Position numbers and translations under genes: made by a program
Assembly: GCF_001194135.2 (NCBI RefSeq)
Contig: NC_068985.1
Span: forward strand, 30,505,992 to 30,569,991
DNA length: 64,000 nucleotides
Direction of reading: 5' to 3'
Origin: Octopus bimaculoides
Lineage: Eukaryota
The notes under the pieces: generated by a model
Databases searched by the model: none
What the model was told of the DNA's origin: nothing
Seen by the model: only the letters and a program-made list of their open reading frames with translations
Shown: positions 53,813 through 64,000 of the stretch, one piece after another
How the letters are laid out: each line of letters begins with the position of its first letter
How positions within the stretch are numbered: position 1 is the first letter of the stretch

Positions 53813-54867
53813 TATTATTTCTCCTTTACACAGTATGGATCTAATTTACTGAATTTTTTCCAAGCTAACTGTTAAGCCTTATCAAAAGGCTTTAGACAGA
53901 ACATATTTTCCTAATCTGAGCTGTTCTAAGCCTGATTTTTGGAAGCACTTACATGTCTTAATGTCCGGCAATTCTAGGTAGTACAATAGCTAGTTTTTGT
54001 CTTTTCTTTTACTTTTTTTTTTCACTGGATTGAACCTAATGCTATCATCCCACTTGTGGTTTTGGGTTTAGTCCCACTAGCAGTACCTTGGGCCTTATAC
54101 CATTGCTCCCAGGCTGAATATGGCCTTGTGAGACAGAAACAGAAAAAAGGCCTTCATATATATGTGTGTTTGTGTCTGCATGCATGTATGTGTGATTGAT
54201 TCTTTATATTTGCACTTCTCTGAAAATTGCAAGCTATGAGTGGTTGTTATCGTTTCCCCTGTCAACAAATCATCTGCTGGCTTTATTTATGCCTTCAAAG
54301 ATGTGGAAAATTAGAAATCCTTTACATGAAAAACAGTGAATGGTTAATAACGGGAAGGACATCAGGCAATAAAACAATGCCTCGATAATATATTTATCGA
54401 ATCCATCCCAGTGTGGAAAAACAGATGTAAAATTAAATAAGAAATTAATTTCAAAAATCATGAATTTGTTATTGTTGCCGTATTTCTCCATACTATCTGG
54501 TGACAGAAACTGAAAGTATTATTTCCACTGATTCAGAAGATATTTTCTAAACTTGAAATAACATGTTTTTAAAACCTTGCACAGTCTATGAAAACATGTC
54601 AGGCCATGGAGAAATATTACCTTACCTGGAAACAAGTGAGGGTAGAGGATAGGAAAATTGTCTGGGCATAGAAAATCTTCAACAAATTCTGTCTGACCCA
54701 TGCCTGCATAGAAAATGAATGTTCAGTGATAATGATCTATATATATATGTAAAGTGATTGGTATTAAGAAGAACATCCAGCCATAAAAACCATGCCAAAA
54801 CAAAAGTGGAGCTTAGTGCAGGCCTGTAGCTTGCCAGATCCTGTCGAACCATTCAACCTATGCCTTC

Positions 54868-54921
<54 letters not shown>

Positions 54922-56089
54922 NNNNNNNNNNTATATATATATATATATATATATGGAATTAATATCAGATTTTTATATATTTAACTTCTCTAAATTTTGG
55001 TCTGAAGTGTTAACTCAAACAGTGAACGGTAAAAGTAGATTTACTTGACCTTCATTCAAGAAACTTGTATTGCTACATTTAATATAAAACAATTTGAAGG
55101 CATTACGGTTCAACTAAAGATTGAAATATAAAGCTATTTATATTTTATTGTGGACATTACAGAAATTCAAGTTGGCTTAAATACTTAAGGAATAGAACAG
55201 GTACTGAAGTGTAATTTTATTTTAAAGCTTTCAGAAAAATGCCATTTTATTTGAGGTTAATTTTTCTATATAGATACTCTTTTCATTGTAATAGTAGTTG
55301 GTCATTGGATTAAAACAAACAGTTCGTTTGTTTAATTTGAATGATTGCAAGCTTAAGTGTTGAAAAGCAATTTCAAAAATGTTCAAATGGCATTTGTAAT
55401 TTTTAAGATACTGGTAAGGAAATAAAATAACAGTAAAAATGTAATACAAAAGCAGGGGCTTATTTTATGATCTCCAGTAAATGCTGTCCTGCATTTGCAT
55501 TAGATAGAATACTTCATGAAAAGTAGTAAAATAAACTAACCCATGCTAGCATGGAAAACAACTGTTAAGTGATGATGATGATTAAGATTTCCAATGTCAA
55601 ACAACAAAGTATAACATATCTACTTCTGGTGGATTTAGAAGAACTATCATTTAGAGACAATATCAATTAAGTAATTAACACCTAATTCTTAAAAAGGCTT
55701 CTTTTAATATTAATGAAAACTGAAATGTCACTTGGTTTAATCAATATTTATATTGGTTCCATTAGATGTATCAAATAATAAGAAACTAAGATTAGTTATT
55801 ATTGAAAATCCCATTTGTTACAATATAAACTACTAAATATTCTGCCAACTTTTAGATATTGATTAATGCATAATTTACACATTCTAATGATTTCTGCTTA
55901 TTCATTTAGTTATGTGCATTATTTGCTGAATATGATTTTTTTTCCTTGCTGTGTTAACTGGAATTTTTTCATGGTGTAAATACAATATATTCCACTTCTA
56001 CATTCATTTTTCCATCGTAATTAATAGGAAAAATAGTTCTCACATTAATATATAGTCTTTCTTCCACATTGTACATTTTCCTTTTTCTT

Positions 56090-57340
56090 CTTCTTCTTCA
56101 TCATCATCTTTATACCTATTTTTCCATACTAGGCTTGGGCGAGATAGGATTTTTTCAACACAGTCTTTTCATTTGTCATTGTCTTTCATCACTTCCTTTA
56201 TGAAACCAACTATTCTGATCTCAGCCCTCACCACTTTTGTTCATGTCTCTTTCAGTCTTACTTGTCAGTGGGCTCCTGCTTGCATTCATCCAATTGTCAT
56301 TCTTCATACACATCACTTGACCATACCGTCTCAGTCTTCTCTCTTGCATACTTTGACTAACAACTTTGATGGCTACTTTTTCTCTCTTGCTCATACTTGC
56401 TGCTGTTACACTTCTAGTAGAGCATTCTTATCATATTGCTTTCTTGCCTATGCATACATTGTACTTCATACACAAGCATCTGACAGTTTGTTCTTCACTT
56501 GCAGAAAGAAATCTAAAACCCTTTCTTGTCAACAGAGGTAGTAGCTCACTGAACTTTCCCTAGTCAATTTTTACTTTTATTACCATACCTTCGTAATACA
56601 TCATTACTGAAGACATCTCCCCAATAACAGAAGTTATAAACTACTTCTAATGAGCTTTCTTGACAACTGAGAGATTTCATTTATTTGGTGCTCTTACTGC
56701 TAGTTACTCTTGTGCATCTATTATACATACCTGGGATCCTATTGTACTTTTTGGGGTACCAGTTGTTTGCATTTCTATACACAGTATAAAGTCCTTATCA
56801 ACTTCCTTTCTGCATATCAAGTGTGGCCACTTCTTAGTTGGTGGTGTTGTTTTGTTTTTTTTTCAAGTAAAATATTGATCTCTACTACATTGATCTTTCA
56901 GCTTCTCAATCCTAGATCTTTCTTCCATGTTTGGAATTTTTCTAATTTTTTTAACTGATTTCGCTGAGATCATCAACTTACAGCAGTTGTCATGGGATGC
57001 TAATCTTGAATTACTCTGTTATTGTCTAGAAAACTGTAATCAACAGGAAAAGGCTGGGAAACCAAACATTTATGGCCACCTGTCATTATACTAATTTCTC
57101 ACTGAACTCATTGCTAATTCTTGCTTTTCTGACAGTACTTTTGTACATAGCTTGGATGGCTCTCACTAGCTACCCATCTGCCTTCAGTCTTCTTAATAAT
57201 TATAAGACTATAGAATATAGTATCCTATCAAGGACCTTCTTCAAGTCAAGAATGTTATGATTCATTCTTGACCAAAACCATCTCTTGTTACTTCCCTAAG
57301 AAAACTACCCTGGTGGTTCTCTGTCTTGGTACAAACCCAT
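56090..57340 (-). mobile_element. Degenerate RTE LINE 3' part (RT YADD region to 3' tail)
   Basis: Minus frames give VLETITE*FKISIP*QLL*VDDL (PWELLYADDL) and GKFSELLPLLTRKGF..LQVKNKLSDACV. (GAT)-rich tail at ~56095. Confidence 0.8.
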
Positions 57341-57550
57341 CACCTCTAACTTAGCTCTCAATTCCTGAAGGCAAAATATATGACATCACAGATACACCCT
57401 CACTTTAACATACTTGATTTCCTCATTGTGAGATATGATGACCTCAAGGATGTTCTCATCACCCATGTTATGAAAGAAGCAAAGTGCTTGACTGATAATT
57501 TATCCCTCTCTCTTTCTATCTGTTTATCTGTTTGTATCATTAATATCTAT

Positions 57551-57609
<59 letters not shown>

Positions 57610-58098
57610 CATACCTACCCACCCACCAATCCATCCATTCACCCACCGACAGACACATACACATAAACATACACACTATGTTTATTTTTTACAAACAGTT
57701 CTTCTATATTTCTCTCTTTTTTCTAATTTTCATTTTTCCTATTTCTCTTGCTTTTTTATGTTGTCCTTGGTTAAACAGCTTATCTTATTCAGCAGACCTT
57801 TTGTATTGTATTTAAACGTTGGCCTAATTCTGCTCTGCTTGTTAACTTGCAGTATTTGTTGTACTCATTTCACATCTCTCTTATAATTCTTTTGTCTCCC
57901 ACAGCCTGACTTCTTCTCAAATAGGCACTCGCAAATGCACCGAATAGCAAAATAAAAATGATAAATGACATGCATTAAGTGAAAAGCTTTCAAAAGAATG
58001 TGCTTATTTGTTGCTTTTGAATTGATTTAGCAGTTTTTAGCACTAGTCAACTTTTGCAATATGGCTTATTCTGACCTATCTACTGATTCTATTTCCAG

Positions 58099-58255
58099 AT
58101 AAGCCACTCTCCCAGTACATCAGTAGTTTCAAATCATTCTGTTTAGAAGCTCAACAGACTGCTGACCAGTTAACAGGGATTCTGTGGAATGGGCCTTCTG
58201 CTTGTTACAAGCAAATATCAGACGCAAAGTGTTTCCCAAGCTCTCCCATTTCTAA
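58099..58255 (+). CDS. Candidate coding exon, unidentified product (KPLSQYISSFKSFCLEAQQTADQLTGILWNGPSACYKQISDAKCFPSSPIS)
   Basis: Acceptor tgattctatttccAG, donor AA|GTGAGC, one open frame over 157 bp, higher GC than flanks, not similar to any repeat seen here. Confidence 0.35.
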
Positions 58256-59591
58256 GTGAGCATCATTATATTTTATGTCTACTTTTGTAATCCTGGCATG
58301 AAGTTTGAATGTACAGATATGAGAAATTCAGAGTTATCTGAAAGAGAAGTTTGATTCACTTTTTTCTGCTTGGGTTTAATTCTTTGGCCCTTACCCCATT
58401 TGTCCCATAGAATTCACTAAGTTGTCAGGATGTGTGCATACATACATTATGCAAATAAGTATGATGATGCACACATATTTATAAGTAAGGTCAGTGTTTT
58501 TAAAAAATGATCATGGAAAAATGACTCTTCTCCAACCTCATTTTAAACTTTCATTAAATGTTTGTTTTAAAAACTTTTAAGAAATAATTTTTTCTTTCTT
58601 TCAAGCTAGATGTTTTATGATTTTATAAATTTTTATTTTTCGAGCCTTTAAGATGTTAGGATGTAAGTCCACTATCTTCAGGGCTTGGTTAATCAATAGC
58701 TTTTCCCAAACTTAGCATGAAATTGTTCGTCATATTTTCTAAAATGTCAACTTTACAAAGGAATTTTGCCAAGTATTTGTAAAGCTTAAAGTTTAATTGA
58801 TTTGGATCATTAGCAGATGTGATCATTATGATAATTAACAGTTCTTAATGATTATCAATAACATTGGTGACAGATTTTTTGGGGGGAGTTTGTTATATTG
58901 CCAAACATCAATGTAATCAAAAATGGCAAACATGAACTTTTTTTCTTGCTGTTCAAGGATTTTCATTTGTTACTTGTAACATAAATGTGTCTGTTAAATA
59001 AGTGCACATTAGCAAATGTCAAATGTTTTACATAGAATATACTAAAAATGAGAGGGGTTAAGAAGGAAAGAGAATAGTTTTTTTTTAAAATAAACATTGC
59101 ATGTTAGTTTACAGATGTCAGCAAATCTTGTTTTAAGAATGGCAGCCATGTACATAAACATATGTTGATTTAAACAAAGAATAAGGTATCACACTGTTCT
59201 GTTTTTCCATATTTCTTTAATTTCTGTATTTTTTTGGCATACATATTTTGAAATAGGTGAAATAAGTATCACTCTTAAGTATGACTAAGTTTGTAACTAC
59301 ATCTGTAACATATATATATATCATAATTAAATGTTTATTTTTCCATGCTGGGATATATATGTGTGTGTGTGAGAGACAGAAAGAGAGAGTAGGGACCTCT
59401 GTTCAAATTGAAAAGTAGCTATAAATGGCCCAAAATTGTTCTTAATGAATGTGTATTTGTTTTCATAAAATACTATTGGATTTCTCATGAAAAGTCATCT
59501 TTCATGTGAGAAATGAAACTGCTTTCCAACACAGTTAATGTATTTCTGTGTTTAATGCACTGTTACAAGTACGCACTTGATATTAAAAGTA

Positions 59592-60945
59592 TTAGGTTGT
59601 TTCACATGAAATGTCACATTTTTAATTACTTGTTATTTCAGTCATTTAAAAACTCAACTATGTGTACCTTGTATTTAATCTTGACTCTTTTTCTTTCCCA
59701 ACAATATTGGTATACAAAATTCATACCCATAGATCTTATGAAAATGATAACAACCAAACTGTTCAGTGATTTTCACGTATGAGTACAAACTGAGTTACTC
59801 TGCTGCAGAAGCTCTACGGAATATCAAGTGGGCCTTTGGTAGTGGTTTTGTTGACATTCGAACTGTTCAGAGATGGTTCCAAAGCTCTTGTTCAGGAGAT
59901 GAGAACCTCGAAAATAAACCAAGGGGTAGGCCAAAATCAGTTATTCGGCATGATGGATTAAATTGTTTGGTTGAACAAAATCTGAGAACAAAGGTTTGAA
60001 AATTTTCATCAGAACTCCAAATATCTCACGCAACTATTTTTGGACACCTCTAAAAAATTGGAAAAGTCACGAAAATGGATAGGTTTGTTCCACATCAATT
60101 GAATAAGATTCTAAAAAGCAGACACCTCAAAGTGTGCTCCCTATTGCTTTCTCAACTGGAAAAGACCTGTGATGAGAAATGGATACTCTTTGACAACAGC
60201 AGGAGAACAGGACAGTGATTATGTTGTGTCGACGCCCCCAGGTGAAGAAGTAGGATCTCCCAAGACATATAAATGGAGGTAGTCTGGCCATGGTAGGAGT
60301 GTTGAGTAGCGGTTGAGTAGAGATCATCCGATGGTGCTAGATAGCAGTAGTTTGAGACATAACAGCTTAGATGCAGGAGAGTCACCTAAACACTACCCAA
60401 ACCCACCATTGCACCCTAATAAGTTAGTGGTCACTGTATGGTGGTCTGCAAAGGGAGTTATTCATTATCCATTTTTGCAACAAGGAAAAATGGTAACAGC
60501 AACATCGTATTGGCAGGAAATTGATTCTTTGTGTGAGAATTTGAAAAAGAAACAACCCAGACAAGTGAATAGAGATGGCCCAATTTTACTTCACAACAAT
60601 GCATGTCCTAACACTCCTCAAGCTGCAGTCCAAAAGTTGCAAAGCCTGAATTATGAGATTTTGCAACATCCTCCCTATTCCCTTGATATCTCTCCTACTG
60701 ATCATCACTTATTTAAGCATTTTGAGCTTTTCATAAGCAATAAAACATGCTTAAATAGAGAAGAGGTAATTGAAGCATTCGGTCAGTTTATCACAGCAAA
60801 ATATGAATTTTTTTTTAAAGATAGAATATATAACATAGAGAAACTTTGGGTGATTGCCATAAATGAACATGGATCATACTTTGATTAAATAAATTAGTTC
60901 TCTATGTTACCTTTCAAATATGACATTTCATGTGAAACAACCTAA
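59592..60945 (+). mobile_element. Degenerate full-length mariner (Hsmar1/cecropia-like) with nested 143-bp insertion
   Basis: Perfect TIRs ttaggttgtttcacatgaaatgtca / tgacatttcatgtgaaacaacctaa with TA TSD. Transposase motifs IFTYEYKL..AAEALRNI, FVPHQL, TCDEKWILFDN, VTVWWSAKG, LLHNNACP, HPPYSLDISPTDHHLF. Frameshifts and second catalytic D>N. Confidence 0.95.
60222..60364 (+). mobile_element. 143-bp micro-LTR/TRIM-like insertion
   Basis: TGTTGTGTC...GACATAACA termini, candidate 5-bp TSD GATTA/GCTTA, internal TATAAA. Removal restores transposase Q(W)LDAGESPKH. Confidence 0.65.
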
Positions 60946-61679
60946 TATATTTCAAAAATTATGTGCATGACATCTGATTCAAACATATTAAATATGAACA
61001 CAGGGTTAAGTAACTTGGAAAACAGTTATACAGGCCCCCCCCCCACATATTATATCTACCACAGGTTATGGGATTTGATGCTTATGGAAATTGTAAAGTA
61101 TGACCATTAATTTTGGGTACAGACTATAATTTCACTCTTACAGAAACTTGTATTTATAGTTTTAAACTGTTAAGAATTTAACATTACTCTTTCTTTACTC
61201 AACGGCCACTTGCATTTTAGTTAAGATCAAAATATAAAGTTAATGATTTGGAAAAACTTTCGTAATGTGTGTGTGTGTGTATGTGTTCCTATCATTTAGC
61301 ATGAACACAACCACCAACAGCAACAGTAATATATAGTATGAAGAAAATAATCAAATCTATTTCAAATAAAAACATATAATGGTGCGTGCTAGTATATTTT
61401 AAAAGTTGAATGAAATGTCTTTGATCTTCAGTCTATGAGGATTGACCTGAGATGAAACAGCCACAACAATACAATTAGGAACAGTGTAATCACTACAACA
61501 CCAACAATACCTTCCCACAATCACTAACATCTAAAGTAATGCAACCCACATCATCCTCTCCATCAACTCACCAACTTTTGAATCCAACTGGCTACACCAG
61601 CTGTCAGCATGTACACCTACATGTGTGTACATTAGTGTGCGTGTGTGTATTTATGTCTTCAAGTTAGAAGCGCAAAGGG

Positions 61680-62420
61680 CAAATTGTCTATAAAATTTGA
61701 TAAAATTTCTTTTACACAATGTACTGAGCCACCCAGTGAACTTCAACGACTTTTTGATAATACAAGAGTAGAATATCCTTAAGAGTACTTCTTGGTTCCA
61801 GCCAATGGATCAAAGTGTGATAGCTAACCTCAAGGTATGTTATCTGAGAAGAACTTTCAAACAACTTGTGAAATCAATTGACAGGGAGGATAAACATCCA
61901 TTTAGAGATTTCTAGAAGAAATTCAACATAATGGATGCTGTGGATAATATAGGGAAGTCATGGGATGAAGTGAAACCTTCCACTTTGAATAGTGCTTGGA
62001 AAACTATATGACCAGACTGTATCCATGACATTGCAAGTTTTCCTCAAGCAAGAAGTTTACATCAAATTCAGATAGTGTGATACTTGCAAAGAATGTAGGA
62101 TTTGAAGAAGTCATAGAGGATGATGTGATTGAGTTGCTAGTGTCTTAGGTAGAAAGTCTAATGAGGAGCTGATGCTGGAAAAAGAACAAACTCAGAATAC
62201 AGATGAGACAATGGAAGTTTCACCTACACCACTTAAATTGGCTCCAAAAATGGTTGCTAAAGAGTTGGCAAATTATAGAGGAAGATTTGCTCATAATGAT
62301 CCTAATCGTGAACACAACATAAAAATTACACAAGGAATTTTCAATGAGTCATACTGAGCTGTACAACAGGGTGCTGCATCATACAACAGATAACTTTGGA
62401 TAAGCTCTTCACCCCTCAAG
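61680..62420 (+). mobile_element. Tigger/pogo DDE_1 transposase fragment
   Basis: SLVQPMDQSVIANLKVCYLRRTFKQLVKSID...KKFNIMDAVDNIGKSWDEVKPSTLNSAWK with stops. Confidence 0.85.
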
Positions 62421-63624
62421 CTGATGTTTGTGTTAATGAACTATAAGATAGTATATATTGTCCTTCATCCTCCTAGTAATGCTCATTCCACCACCACCCC
62501 TTGCACTGTAGTCAACATCTTTTGTGGTAAGAATGTACTCTTACAATATAACAATTCTTATTAATTCTCTAATGTATTCCTCTTGAAATGTTTTTGTGCT
62601 TTTATGTATCTATATTGTACTGTGTATGTTTAGAAATTGTCTTTGCTGGAATTCAATAATTTGTTTGTTTTACTGCATGAAAAATCAAAATGAGCATTGC
62701 AGTCTCAGATCCTTTGATGACATGTTTACATTCATATTTCATGAATTTTTATTGAATTTCTGAACTTAGAAGTGATATGTGTATTAAATGTTTTTTGTCA
62801 TGAGTTTGCAGTAGAGAACTGTACATTTGTTGTCAGTTTCCTGCTGTCCAGTCAAGGTTTAGAAGCTTCCACCCAATGTATTTTTCTTCTTTAAGAGAGA
62901 GAGAAAGAGAGATAGAGCCAGCCATCTTCGCCTGTGTGGTTCTCCTTGACAAATAGTCTTGAAAACCATTTGATGCATTTTTGTCTTCCATGCAAACTAA
63001 ATTCCTGTTGTTGTCATAATAGGGACCATAAATCATTTGGCTTTTAACAATACAATGGCTCCTTTGTGCAAGGGTCTTAAAGCTATTTGGGTATATTGGA
63101 GTCAATTTGGTTGGAGAGAATCTTATTTGTTAACCATATCGAAAAGTTTGAATGTGACAAACCCGTTTTTCTGTAATATTAGTGATAGAAATATCATTTC
63201 ATTTGTAGCAAATTTTAGCATGAAAAGGTTGATTTCAAATGTTTGTGACCAAAATTTGAATTAACATCCTTGAAATTCAATTTCCTGCTTAAATGAATTA
63301 AAACCAGGTAACATTTCAATTTCACTAGCTGATGAACATACCAGCATAATCAGTAGCAGCTTTATTTTAATCAAGTCTTTTTCTAAAATTGCTGCTTTGC
63401 TAAAGAGAAATAATAGTAATGGAGATTGAGAGATAGGAAAGTAAATGACTGAAAGGTCAGGGCTTTTAATGGGGAGTAGGAAGAGAAGATAAAAGAGTAA
63501 AAGCATGTGAATTCAGCACTGTGGTAGCAGTGAAGAAATTAATGATACCTATATATAAAAGAAAAAGGAGGATAAGATGTACATAACTTTTTCAAGTGTA
63601 TATGCATATATGTATATATACATA

Positions 63625-63790
63625 CAGGCATTGCTGTGCAGTTAGGAAGTTCATTTTGCTGTCAGCCCCATTTTGGGTTCAGCTCCACTGTGACACCTTG
63701 AACAAATGTCATCAGACAAGTGTGAGTGAATTTTGTAGAGGGAAACTGTAGGAACTCTATCACATATGCATGAGTGCATATGTGTGTGTG
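63625..63790 (+). mobile_element. Old SINE A-type head fragment
   Basis: caggcattgctgtgcagttaggaag...gggttcagctccactgtgacaccttgaacaaatgtc. Similar decayed fragments at ~35320, 37165, 41925, 52490 and 54045. Confidence 0.6.
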
Positions 63791-64000
63791 TGTGTGCAAA
63801 TGTACATGACTATAGACATCATGACTGGTCACTCTGCACTTTCAAAGACATGGAATAAAATATGTCTTACTTGAAAATAAGCAAAGATTTCTGTCAGAGA
63901 GCATTTCAAAGTTTGTTTCAGCATTTTTCATTTTCTGCCGACTGAAACTGCGTCTGCGCAGTGGATTTAAAAAAAAATATAATATATATCTAGGAGACAT

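Noticed and set aside
60313-60888. Intact or domesticated (SETMAR-like) transposase
   Set aside because: The ORF start lies within the nested insertion, the upstream part is frameshifted, a catalytic Asp is mutated, and TIRs are retained. It is an ordinary dead mariner.
62833-63264. Overlapping 90-aa minus and 75-aa plus ORFs
   Set aside because: No recognisable family and no strong splice sites. Cannot choose a strand or support coding.

Overview
AT-rich eukaryotic genomic DNA with many (TA)n/(CA)n/(ATT)n/(ATAG)n microsatellites and N-gaps that sit mostly next to microsatellites (short-read-type scaffold). The repeat families look like those I recall from octopus (coleoid cephalopod) genomes; this is recognition, not a database result. 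No host protein-coding gene could be identified with confidence; nearly all ORFs in the supplied track are microsatellite, gap or transposon artefacts. The window is a mosaic of mobile DNA. It contains two abundant tRNA-headed SINE families plus rarer SINEs, and RTE, CR1/L2 and Hero-like LINE fragments. It also has a Penelope-like element fragment, several Gypsy-type LTRs, two degenerate full-length mariners, a Tigger/pogo fragment, and hAT, mariner and Merlin-like MITEs. Promoter or first-exon-like CpG-rich islands occur near 19.2, 27.5, 44.4 and 46.6 kb, and a CpG-depleted (probably methylated gene-body) domain starts at about 48 kb. The best observations are: (1) a type I hammerhead ribozyme with a branched stem II at the 3' end of the Penelope fragment; (2) an Asn/Ser-rich insert of about 120 codons apparently splitting that element's GIY-YIG motif; (3) an RTE LINE with twin-priming-type 5' inversion geometry; (4) a MITE carrying a telomeric tract flanked by an 8-bp direct repeat; (5) a 143-bp micro-LTR inside a mariner; and (6) a chain of elements nesting into (ATT)n microsatellites.
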